A stretch of 64,000 bases of DNA from Iphione sp. A-MEVVRFRX5. Its lineage: Eukaryota. Of the stretch, positions 38,368 to 50,900 are shown piece by piece. Numbering within the stretch: position 1 is the first letter of the stretch; each line of letters opens with the position of its first letter. Location of the stretch: assembly GCA_976226885.1 (NCBI GenBank), contig OZ320319.1, positions 78,368,001-78,432,000 of the forward strand. Reading direction: 5' to 3'. Made by a program: the position numbers and the translations under genes. The notes under the pieces were generated by a model. That model saw only the letters and a list, made by a program, of their open reading frames with translations, was not told the DNA's origin and made no database searches.

Positions 38368-39361
38368 AAGCATCGCCTGAACACGGGCGCCAAATGTCAT
38401 TTCACTTCACACATCGGAAAACTATTCAATTTTGTAGGCAGCATTAATCTTGTAAACACCACCCCTCCCCCCTTTCGAAAAGAAAGTTCATGCATAATAT
38501 CAATGAACTGTTCTGCATATTTCTAGAAAGGTCCTCATCACAGTGTATTATTTCATCTGTGTAGTGTTCTTGTGGATATCTATTATCAATGTCTAACAGA
38601 CCACAATTCCAAATGAACCAGTATGCATGTATATGTTCATTTATACGTACATGTATAAGTATTATGCGCTCCACCAACGCGAGACTGACATGCGGGTGGT
38701 GGCATGAAAGAGGTTTTTATTTTTAACAGTACTGCTTACAATATACACTGTATATAGAAAATAACGATATGGTACTGCGGGTATAACTGCATCAAAATTG
38801 TGAACAACAATAAACGTCCTTTCAAGAGAACTATACTCAATCATTCGAAAATAATGACATGTTGCTGCAGGTAGCTATCTATGTCATTACGAACAGCAAG
38901 GACCTTCCTTATAACCGGAGAAACTCATATGTTCACATGTGCGTATACAATAAGTAGAAAATAATGATAAAGTTCAGCAGGTAAGCTAAACGGGAAACGG
39001 CAAAAACATTTGACCTTCCTACGGCTAACATATTGTACAGTGTGGGTATCTGCAGAATAAACCTGGTGTATTATAACCTACTGCTTCTATGCACTTCGGA
39101 GATCGTGGGCGTTAATTTGCAATACATGTATACATTATACATGTTCTGACGAGAACAGTGATGCATAGCAAGCCCACTTCTATAGCTGTTGGTGAAAATC
39201 TGACAAAAACATTTTTTTACAAAGACAAAAAAAAAACGATGGGTGGCAGGAGGTGCCTTAATTGGAGATACAAATCACACGCAGAATTCAATTTCTGTAA
39301 TAATGTCGATTTAATCCGGAAGTTGGTGGGGGGGGGGGATTTAGGCCTACTTCAAGCATAA

Positions 39362-39440
39362 TGACGTCACCGTAAATGACGTCACAGTCAGCCCCACTGA
39401 CGACGCTGAGGGCGTGTCCGCTCACACGTGGTGGCACCTG
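39362..39440. promoter_or_regulatory. Tandem full CRE sites plus E-boxes
   Basis: TGACGTCA at 39362-69 and 39377-84, CACGTG 39425-30, CACCTG 39435-40. Confidence 0.45.
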
Positions 39441-40496
39441 GCGGTGAGGGGGGCGTTCAGGATGGGCGATGATCGGGGACAAACAATGTGTTAAAAGCTG
39501 GCACAAACGGCGTCTTCCGCCCGGCATTAAACGGATCGTTCACCCTGGGACGGAAGCGTGCCCCCGGTGGCGGGGGGGGGGGGGGGCGTTGATGGTGGTG
39601 AGTTGGCGGATGGTGAATCCTAACGCGAACATTATAAGCGACAGGGGGCCAAGATATCGACATATATGATCTCTCTGTATAAATTCGCAGCAAAAAAAAA
39701 CAAGATTCTATTTACAAACAGAAGACGGGAGTGAATTAGCCCTCGCACTGTGGAGGCTGATGGTTAAATTCTTTCCAAGTCATGTTAAAACGGAGGAGAA
39801 ACACAAACTATGAATAGAACCCTGTGTGAATGTATATTTTGCGATACCCTCATCACGAAGAGTCGTAAACAACACTACCATCTTTTTATCTGCAGTGTAG
39901 CGTGTGGAATACGGGCGAAAAGGGAAACATTAGAAAAATATAGCGTTAAAAGCTGCAAAACTACTTGATCCTTAGTTGAATGTTAAAACTACCATATGCA
40001 AAGACGTTTGTTCTTTGTTCGCTGTATCACTGTACATCACACACAAAAGACTGGCGGCCCAACTGGGGCCGGTATTGAACGCCTATCCTTCGCGGGGTGC
40101 CGCCATCGGGATTTCCCTCTTATATCGTCCCTGTTCGCCGCCCCCGCCCTGCGAACAATCTAGACTCCATCCAGATTGCGGCGAGACAAAGCGGAGTCAT
40201 TAGTTACTATTCAGGCCGCCGTGCGCCCTCCAAACCCCAATCCCCAACCCTCACCCCCACCCCCTCTTAACACGCGGCAACACGGGCGTGGCTTTTTTAC
40301 CCCCCCCCCCCCCCTCCAGCTACCGCGCGGTTACCATGGCAGCAGGGCATTGTCCCTCCCACCCCTTCCAGGTACACGGGGGGGGGGGGGCGAATCCTAG
40401 CCGGAGAGATGACCCACAAGCTCTGCTGGTCCCGGCGTCAGTTGCGAGGAGGGAGAGGGGGGGGGGTAGGATGAAGGGAGACCGAAGGGAAAATGT

Positions 40497-40625
40497 GAGA
40501 GAGTGAGTGAGTGAGTGAGTGAGTGAGTGAGTGAGTGAGGGAGTGAGTGAGGGAATGAATCAATGAGGCAATAAGTGAGTGAGTGAGTGAGTGAGTGAGT
40601 GAGTGATTAAGGAAGTGAGTGAGAA
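40497..40625. repeat. (GAGT)n microsatellite
   Basis: Direct reading. Confidence 0.9.
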
Positions 40626-43600
40626 GGAGTGAGAAAGGAATGATATTACACACAGGCGCCCACAAACACGCACGTGCACAAAAACACGCGCATAAACACA
40701 CATGGCGAGGGTTAGACAGCAATCGGGAGGGGGCAGAGGGTTAAATATGCGTTCCGAGGGTGGTCGTCCATTAATAAAACCTGTGGGCTGAGTGCTACAC
40801 CATATGTGAGGGGTGGTTTCTGTCACGGTGCTCAAGGGGCCATGACAGCAGCAGCAGCAGCAAGCGGCTGAGGCTGCGGCCGAGGCCGAGGATGATGAGG
40901 ATGAGGATGAGGATGAGGAGGATGAGCATGAGGAGGNNNNNNNNNNNNNNNNNNNNNNNNNNNNNNNNNNNNNNNNNNNNNNNNNNNNNNNNNNNNNNNN
41001 NNNNNNNNNNNNNNNNNNNNNNNNNNNNNNNNNNNNNNNNNNNNNNNNNNNNNNNNNNNNNNNNNNNNNNNNNNNNNNNNNNNNNNNNNNNNNNNNNNNN
41101 NNNNNNNNNNNNNNNNNNNNNNNNNNNNNNNNNNNNNNNNNNNNNNNNNNNNNNNNNNNNNNNNNNNNNNNNNNNNNNNNNNNNNNNNNNNNNNNNNNNN
41201 NNNNNNNNNNNNNNNNNNNNNNNNNNNNNNNNNNNNNNNNNNNNNNNNNNNNNNNNNNNNNNNNNNNNNNNNNNNNNNNNNNNNNNNNNNNNNNNNNNNN
41301 NNNNNNNNNNNNNNNNNNNNNNNNNNNNNNNNNNNNNNNNNNNNNNNNNNNNNNNNNNNNNNNNNNNNNNNNNNNNNNNNNTCGACCCTGGGGATGTAGC
41401 GACATCGACTTTCTTCCAGGCAAACGGTAACGATCACTTCATATAATTGTCATATGAAAAACTACATCAGCAATAATGTTACATAATCGATTCATCTCAG
41501 GGGTAATACTATATTCATGTGCAAAAAGCAAGGGAAATAACCAACACACACACGGACACTTAAGTAATATTTTCAACGTTGCTTTGTACTAAAATGTTGT
41601 CACAGCTTAAACATGTCCATGACGTTCTTTTTCAGTGACAAGGTCAAAGATGAAGCGAAAACCGTGCACATCGTATGCATGTATGCCTCTACGGCGGCCT
41701 TTGCATGGAACTCACCGATCACCAAATCAAGACATAGGCCTACTTCGCACCGTAATGACAACAAAGAGCGATGAAATATTTATAGAATAGGACAGATAGA
41801 ATAGGATCAAATTTTGAGGGGAAAAACACACAAAAAACGGGCGTTTAAGAAATGCTTACGTAGACGTTGGCAAGATGGTGCATGCCAGCATAAACGGCCA
41901 GATGCATGCATGTGAATAGGGGGGCCGAACGATACTATGTGCTCAGAACGGGCCATTCACAGAGCATTCACAAATAGAAAGACTGCTTTGGTTTCCTTAG
42001 TATAAGCCGAATCCCCAACCAAGTGAGAAATGGTTAAGNNNNNNNNNNNNNNNNNNNNNNNNNNNNNNNNNNNNNNNNNNNNNNNNNNNNNNNNNNNNNN
42101 NNNNNNNNNNNNNNNNNNNNNNNNNNNNNNNNNNNNNNAGGCTTGCAAGCACATGCATATTCTAGCAGCGCCTACCGCCTCACCAAGAAATAGCATTTCT
42201 ACTTAACAATACTTAAAAAAAAAAAAAAAAAGTCCGACTACTCCTGTACTACTAACAGGCACGAACAGTCCACCCCCCATCCCACCCCGCCCGGGCCTGT
42301 TGATTTGTAGCTCGCTCCCTGTTGTCCCCGCTTATGATTCATCGACTATTTACAATGATGGACGGTGGCCAGCATCCAGCGAGCGAGCCCCTCCTACCGC
42401 GAGGGTTACATCATGCCCTTTCAGAGCAGCTCACTCACAGAAAAGTGCTGCGTGACTTATGCGCGTGTGTTCCCCGTAGGGCCTTTATTTTATTTTTTTA
42501 AAATTATTTTTCCCTCCCATTTCTTTCTCGGCAGAGAACTGTAATTTGGTTCCATTAATAAAGTGGTGAAAATGACATAATGATGTAATGGGTTTGTATG
42601 GGGCGGTGGAAACTAGCAGGGAGAAAGGGATAATGCTAGGGAGGACCTATTTAATATTTTAGTATTTTCTTTACAGAGTTTCATTTAACTTCCAATGAGG
42701 TAAGCCAGATAAATTATGCCTCTCGTCCGTAGCTCGTAGCATGCGCACCCCACTCTACCCCCCCCCCCCCCCCCCACACACAACGACCACCATTGGCCTC
42801 AATTACCAGCCTTGTGTAGGGAGGCCCTGAGCAGGACGGGGTTGAGCGTCATCAATAGACGGCTGATCAATGGACCGTGACCAGTGGTCGGTGACCTTCA
42901 AGGTCTGCCTACCGGAGGGTTATCTACCCGACACACACGGACGGGCACTGCTGACCACTAGTAGCCGGTCCGCGGGCGGGGGAGGGGGGTGGAGAGGGGG
43001 AAGGGGCGGGTAAGCCGCCAGGGACCGATCACGACTGACCAATGTGGTCCGGCTTCAAGAGGCAGGGAGGTTGGAGTCAAGTGGAAGGCAAGGACGGAAA
43101 GGGGGGGGGAGGAGGCAGAAGGGGGTCGAGTGAGTTGTCGAGTGAGTTGTCAATAGTTCAATCAGAGAAACTACCGCTGTCAAGTGACCCGAATGTGGAT
43201 AAGACGGTAGTGTAACTGTTAAGTCTGAGGTAAGCCACTTAAATTGACTGCAAGCCTCGTCATCNNNNNNNNNNNNNNNNNNNNNNNNNNNNNNNNNNNN
43301 NNNNNNNNNNNNNNNNNNNNNNNNNNNNNNNNNNNNNNNNNNNNNNNNNNNNNNNNNNNNNNNNNNNNNNNNNNNNNNNNNNNNNNNNNNNNNNNNNNNN
43401 NNNNNNNNNNNNNNNNNNNNNNNNNNNNNNNNNNNNNNNNNNNNNNNNNNNNNNNNNNNNNNNNNNNNNNNNNNNNNNGTCACACTGCAGGGCCTGACAG
43501 CATAAGTCACCGCGGAATAACTCGGTGGTCCAACAGCAGAACAACAAACCGCGGCTAATCTTGCATTGAACCGAGGGGCTTTGATAACCGTCCTTCAACT

Positions 43601-43809
43601 ATCCACACAGTCGACTCCTCCTAGCAGGGCCCTGCGAGCTACATCACCATTAGGTACCAGCGGGTGAAGCCTAGCGCACACTTTACGGCAGCCGGGTATT
43701 GATCCAAGCTCAATGGGGCGATCGAGGAGTGCCCCCCCCTCCTCCTTCACTGCCCACAGAAGTAGGTTACGTAACGGTCGGTCAATCTTCAAACGAGTTT
43801 TGACCGCAC

Positions 43810-43975
43810 AGACAGAGGGAAAGACAGACAGACAGACAGACAGACAGATAGACAGCCACACACACACACACACACATATATATACACGTGTATATTCAGT
43901 ATGTCTGTGTGTGCGCCTGCCGGCCTGTCTGCCTGTTTGCTTGCCTGTCTGTCTGTCTGTCTCTGTCTGTCTGTC

Positions 43976-44010
<35 letters not shown>
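43810..44010. repeat. Compound (AGAC)n/(CA)n/(TCTG)n microsatellite block
   Basis: Direct reading; the AGAC and TCTG tracts are inverted relative to each other. Confidence 0.9.
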
Positions 44011-44013
<3 letters not shown>

Positions 44014-44913
44014 CAAGGAATACTTCTTCAAAACAGCTCGAAACAATGTACATGTAACTGCGTTGTACACCGCAGACCAACCGCAGCCCCGACATAAAGA
44101 ATCATTGTTAGGGGCCTGCACCACTGTACTCAAGTCCTCTCTGAAAGGCAGGGCACCACATGCAATCTGGGACGTCAATGGGCCAGTCTTCCCTTCCAAG
44201 GCGGACAAGCATAAGAAATCGATGTCGATAAGACCCACAAATCACGTTAGAAATATCGCAGTCGATATTACGGATTTGGTGCACAAAGCGGTCTTTTAAC
44301 GGTACAAGGCAGTACCGATATATATGACCTGTAGTCGCCATTTGTCGTTAAGACATCCAATGTATTAGTACACTGCCATCCATCAATGTACATGTACAGG
44401 CTACTATACAAAATAATGAGGCTTAAAACATCAAACCCGACTGTCTTATCATTACGGCATCCACTAGCTATATTAAGATGAACCGAAGACTATTTCGTTC
44501 AAACTGAGCCCACAATCCCAATACAACCTCAATATCTCTTCTCCCAAATAAAAATGCTTACCCAAATATTAACCCCTGTTCGACAGAGAAAGTAAAGACT
44601 GGAACCCGAACCAGGGCGACTGATTTTGCCGACAACCCGATTCCTATACTACTCAGAAGTAGTTTTCTCTTAAATCGACAGGCGGCGCCACGCTCTTCAC
44701 CGAAGCATAAATGGACCAGTCGTCCCCCGAGCTCGTCTTCAGACCACAGACACGTAACGTGAGAACTCCGGACCTACTGAATGAAACAATCATTCATCGT
44801 ACAAAAACCTATCAGGTACCTCAAAAAATGAAGCGTTATACTTATCACAAAGGTTGTACTGTCTCAGATCGCTTCTCCAGCAATCATGTCATAACCACGT
44901 AATACGCTGTGTG

Positions 44914-44948
44914 GCTTACCTGAAAAACAGAAAAAAAAGAAATATTAG
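44914..44948 (-). other. Candidate recursive splice (ratchet) site
   Basis: Minus strand gcCTAATatttcttttttttctgtttttCAG|GTAAGC: branch A 44945, AG 44921-20, GT 44919-18. Confidence 0.5.
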
Positions 44949-47900
44949 GCAACGTTCAACAACAAGCTACACATTAATTATCCGTGTAATCATATGAATC
45001 TTGTACGTATTGAAGAGGATCTTTGTGGGGGTAAACTGCCAACGATTTTATGGTATATGCTGGTGCTGCCACCATGCGAGAACAATTTGAACCGTGACTA
45101 CCGTATTCTCCTGCCCCCATGCGGTTTACATTGGAACTACTCGAAGGGGGAGGCCCACCACCTTTCTCATCTTGACATCAACAGTAATTAGGTGTCGTTT
45201 TTAACTGAATGTAACGTGCATTTGCTCATAGATAAGTTAAGCACTACCGCAGCTCGTATGATAACACTCAAACCCGAAAATATTAGTGAGCAATACACAA
45301 GATTTCGGGGTCTATTCATTTTCATCTTCGTTTTAACTAGTACCTTAAATTTCACTTTGATGGGAAATGTTTTCAGCCTGGAGCGACGTTTACTTATACT
45401 CTTCCTTAGGCTCTTATCTACAACACGATGAACAGAACAGTCAAGAGTTCCCTCAAAGGTCTGAATGCCGCAATATACAGATAGAAATAGGTTAACTAGT
45501 ATCCCTCCTGTTCTGGTCTCTAGGCATCTGTTTCACGTGTCCATAAGGAGGAATGTAGTGTAGGAATATCCAAGCTGGGCATTATGAGTGACAGCTGCTG
45601 GACTGAAATGCTTGAAAACTGATAACAAATATATTAAGATCCCTGTCCAAAGACAAGAGAACCTTTGTGTACAACATGTACACGTATTGCTAACAACACC
45701 AGTCAACATCACAGGTACAATCAAGCCTGACAATGTGAAAACGTTCTACACTTTAAACTCATAATTACTGAATGAAAGGGCCAACACAACACACGACCAA
45801 CTTGATTTTAAGATGAAGATGCTAGGCCCCTGCTCTGTGAAGTGCTACCGAGTGAGGTGTCTTTCCAGCCTTGTGTATCCACTTTATATATCTGTTGTTG
45901 TTTGTTGTCGTAGTGAAGGGCATGTATGTGTCACTCTGCTGTTTCAGTGTGGATGAATATTTTCTCGTTTTTTGTTTTTTTTTCACGTCGATAACACAGT
46001 TTATAATTATTATAAGTCTTTGTTTCTGAGGGGTACAAGAATTTGTGTTTTTTTTAGTCTAATGTGAAGTATCCCAAACGGCATGCATTCAGACCTTTAT
46101 TTTGTGTGCACTTTCCAAGAGCCCTCTCATACTATTTTCTCTCATTTACTATTTGTATTTCCGTGACTGTGTGTCTCTGCCGAGAGCCTCCATGTCATGT
46201 GTATATACATAACCCAACCCCTCCTCCCTTCCCACCCCTCTCTCATCCTTCCTGCCTACCTCACTCTATGCTCTGTGCGTGCTGGCACTCCCACCCCCCC
46301 CGCCCCCATCCTCTCCTTCTCCCTCCCCTTGTACACATCTACCTACTTCCTTAGGGCATGTAACCTTTGGCGTGGTCCGGGTTTAGCACAGGCAAACATG
46401 AGCCGGCCAGGCGTGATGATGCCTACCCACCTACAACCTACCTCCCTCTAACCCCCCACCCCCACCCCACCCCCCTCCACACACACCCCAACTCCTGCCT
46501 ATGACTGGGCCCTCAAGCGATGGGAAAGATGGGTGGTCCATCTCAACCAACGCTAACAACAATTTTTTTTTTGCCCCTAAATATCTGTTGTGTGCGCTGA
46601 TAATTAGCATGGCTTTGATAAAAAAAAATGACAAGAAACCACATCAGAACGTAAGTAGAGTATATATAAACACAACGCACCTGTATATTCAACCTTGCCC
46701 CCCCCCCCCCCAAAGGACAAACAAGACTCCGACTCGGACAGAGAGGAGAATATTCTTACTATGGCATGAGATAACGGTGGCCGGGGGGGGGGGAGGCAAA
46801 TGCAAAGTTTAGTTTGTAATAAAATAATATATTTGGCCATCTTTCAAACTTCTATCAATTATAAATGAATATTTATACGCAGCTGTGTGTGATCCCAACT
46901 GTCATCTGGGTACTACGAACTCCTGCTATTCCGAAGTGCCTTTCGGCGCCTGATATAAAAGCTGCTTGTTATAAGATTTATACAGCGGAGAGTATTTGCC
47001 CCGAACTGACTGGCCTGCGCTGGCAGTAGTCAGAACCGACGTGGGGCCCGTGTAGCTGGCCAACAGTCACTGGCAGCCAGTCAAGCCCAATTCATACACG
47101 GCTAGTTCTCCCCCTGCTTGGGGGGAGGAAATTCTCCCATGATGTACAATGCCAGCAAGACCCCTGTATGTCCAAATGTATGGGTTAGCGTTGAGAACAG
47201 CCAGATAACGCAATATACAGCGGTGCTATGGTAACGGGGTGGGTGAGAGGGTGTGCTATACTGTCCTGGCGAAACCTGTTAAAATTCTGCTTCTCTATTA
47301 TCGACATTCAGGCCGTGAGTTATGTATGTGCTGCAATGACATGAGATGGGCGTGGGAAGTAAGTCATCCAGCGTGTAACGATGACGTTTCAGCTCGTCCC
47401 TAAGACGGCCCCTTACGTGGTGAAATATTGGGAGTATTCGCAGGAAATGAAGTACTGGTATCATGACGTCGTTTTTAAACCTTTTCACCTCCTTACAACT
47501 AAGATATGTGTAGAAAGAAGTGAGACGTGATTTTCGGGTCCCTGTGTCCAAGATTATAGATGTACACATTGCTAATTCTAAACAAACGGGGACGTGTGAG
47601 TAGTAAAGCAATGTTCATGTTAGTCTTAAATCAGTTAAAGTGACATTATACGTGTTGAACCTACGCATTTACTAGATCCACAACGCAAACATGTCGGCGT
47701 GATGAACTGCTGTTTAGTGTACAGAACAAAGTCCCGGGTTTCCATGCTGACAGCGCCATGCTAACATGTACCGACGTCACCTCCGAAGATTTGGACAAGA
47801 CAGACATATTGTCCATAAACATGGGAGCCCCATACGCAGAGAAGGTTGACAAGTCTGAAGTGCTGGCTGCTGGCCAGATGGAAAGGAATACGCCGTCGAC

Positions 47901-50900
47901 GTGTTTCTATTAGCTTGTCCATATCCAACTGTCAACCTAATGGCCACCGCTTCCTACGTATTAGGTATAACGTAATCTCGGTGTTGTTTTAGGAAAATGC
48001 TCGCTTGAGGGTGCTCGCATCACCAGCTGGTTAACAAGAGAGATATCAAATAAACAATGCCAACGAGTATCCCCTAGTTCATTCTGAAGGAAGAAAGAAA
48101 TAGGGGGGGAGAGAAAGACAGACAGACGGACAGACAGACACACACAANNNNNNNNNNNNNNNNNNNNNNNNNNNNNNNNNNNNNNNNNNNNNNNNNNNNN
48201 NNNNNNNNNNNNNNNNNNNNNNNNNNNNNNNNNNNNNNNNNNNNNNNNNNNNNNNNNNNNNNNNNNNNNNNNNNNNNNNNNNNNNNNNNNNNNNNNNNNN
48301 NNNNNNNNNNNNNNNNNNNNNNNNNNNNNNNNNNNNNNNNNNNNNNNNNNNNNNCCGTAGGACCACCTTTCTATACCCACTAGTTGCAAGGCAGGACACG
48401 GGCGAGCTGCTCCGGTGCACATTAAGTCCACAATAGACCAGGGCCTTGAGTTAATCTACGGAAGGGAAGGTAGTGGCCGGCATTCACTAGGAGAGGTGCA
48501 GACTCCGATGTCGTCCTGCCATTGTTTTCCCCTGAGGAGACAGATTTGCTGGTCCGGACTGCGTGACGTTTGTGGAGCGGAGAAGCACGGAGGTGTCGCG
48601 CAAAGGAAATCCAGTGATATTTGCAACTTGGACCTTATCTGGGTCTCGATAGTGCTCTTCTCCCTTAACGGTGTAGAAAACCCGTTCCTACTCGTAAAAG
48701 CCTTGTGCAAGATACATACATCAGTTTTTCAAAAATAGCTTCAATGGTATTGTAATTACTATCAGGTAAAAGAACGAATTGTACGTTGTTCTTGGCTCTC
48801 CTTTCCTTTTTTGTGAACTGTTTTTTCCTGTAAATATCACCTAATAATAAATTATTATGAGAAAAAAGTACACGTACGTAGACATACGCGTCTATTTTGA
48901 AAATACAGGCACGGCTTCCAACTTTGGTGCCTTGCGAACAGAAACTTTATCAGAATCTAGTGAAATTCACACTCCGACCAAATTTCGCTCGAGCGAAAGA
49001 AAGAGTCTTGCGAGGACCAACTCTGGCTTCAGAGCTGATCAGATTTAAAAGATGTGATGGCAGTCCGGTAGATGTGGTCCTCGAACTCTTCTCCCCCTTT
49101 GGAATGCTAAGTGCCTGCTGCTTGCCTTTTACTGGCGAGCTATCTTATCTCCGGGTGGATAAGAACTGGGGTAATAGGATCATTGCTCTCGCCTGACAAA
49201 ACGGCCGACCTGCTCGCAACCCGCGATCTGGGAAACAAAAACAAGGTGTTAAAACTAGGTGCCAGCAGAGCTATCAAGTCCTGCGGTCGCAATCTCGGGG
49301 GGGGGGGGGGATAAACCTTTGCCAAACTGCCACCAACTCTTGAAGAGAGTACGAAGAAGTCCAGCTTTGAGGGGGGGGGCGTTGGGGGAAATGACTAGAA
49401 CCTAATGGAATAAACTCTAATGCACCTTGGTCTAGCTTAGGCCTTTGGGCCTAACACGGCGGCAGGGGCTCTCACCCTTGCAGACTGAGGATGATGTTCA
49501 CAAGAACCGCCGACGTTTGCGCTTTCTTGCTGCAGGACACGAAGCCTCATTGTAAATTACCCTTAATTCCCCCGACATTTATTTTTTTTTCACTCGGTTG
49601 GTAGATGCCCTCTTCGGATACCCGGGCGTGACTGGTCTCCTGTCGTTAGTATAGCCACGTTTGGAACGCCGCGTCTGTTGGTATGAAGCTACGCCCGGTT
49701 AGCACGCCATCTTTTCTCCACCACTGAGCATGGTGGTCCTTGGACAGCAGAAGGTCAGACATCCACCGCCCTGCCAAAGATATGACGACCAGCCCTCCCC
49801 GCCCCCCCCCCCCACACACACAACTTAACTCATTCAACTTATTCTGCACTGGCAAAGATGCGGTCGCCAAACACGATACCACATGATGGGACAGCTACAG
49901 TGCCACGCTGTCTCCGTAGTGTTGATACGATGCACTGTGGTACCACGGAGAGAAGTATCAATGTAGATAAGTATGCCCACTGGTGGTTTTCCGTTGAATG
50001 GAAGGCGAACCATTGGCAAATGATGTCACTGGCCAACAATGGCCTGATGTCACTGGCCTGGAAATCCCCCAACATCATGCTGCCTCCTCACTGCTTGATG
50101 AGTTGTGAATTGTTTGAACACTGTCAGAGAAATCTCTTATCTGGCCGTCAGGGAGAGTCTAATGAACTTCCCAAAGTAAAAGATTATTAACAGAAATGAC
50201 TAACTTCATTAGGATTCCAGTTGCTTCCCACAAAAGGCGTTCATTCTGAAGGAAGAAAGAAATAGGGTGNNNNNNNNNNNNNNNNNNNNNNNNNNNNNNN
50301 NNNNNNNNNNNNNNNNNNNNNNNNNNNNNNNNNNNNNNNNNNNNNNNNNNNNNNNNNNNNNNNNNNNNNNNNNNNNNNNNNNNNNNNNNNNNNNNNNNNN
50401 NNNNNNNNNNNNNNNNNNNNNNNNNNNNNNNNNNNNNNNNNNNNNNNNNNNNNNNNNNNNNNNNNNNNNNNNNNNNNNNNNNNNNNNNNNNNGGGACAGA
50501 GAGAGAGGGACACACGCATGCACGCACCCACACGCACATGCACACAAACACACACGCAGAATATCAAGAAGGTGGGAGCGCGATACGCTTATTGAATTGT
50601 TGCAGTTGGAGATACCATTAAATTTTACCTGAGAGACGACTACGTAAGAGTTCCAAGAATTAAACATCCGTCCAGTACTCTCAGATGACAGCGATAATTT
50701 CATGCTGCGCAAGGTCTATCGAGTGGCTGCCCCAGAATTCGACAGCTGTATATGCTTAACCGACTTTTTAATAGGGAAGTATGCTGGTCTCGTTATTTGG
50801 AGTTTTTGCTCTGACTACGTTTTTCTCTTTTTTTTTCAAAAACGGAGAAAAACTATAGCATCTTGATAAAAATGCATGACATGGTGACCTGACCATCACA

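Noticed and set aside
41868-41890. TGGCAAGATG (miR-31-like 5' end); similar partial matches to miR-29 (~1657) and miR-8/200 (~63178)
   Set aside because: Only 10-11 nt match and no pre-miRNA hairpin.
43600-43730. Possible tRNA-derived SINE (box-B-like GGATCAATACCC on the minus strand)
   Set aside because: No box A or tail, and single copy in the window.
16483-50712. ORFs containing long X runs
   Set aside because: Length comes from N gaps; the frame across gaps cannot be determined.
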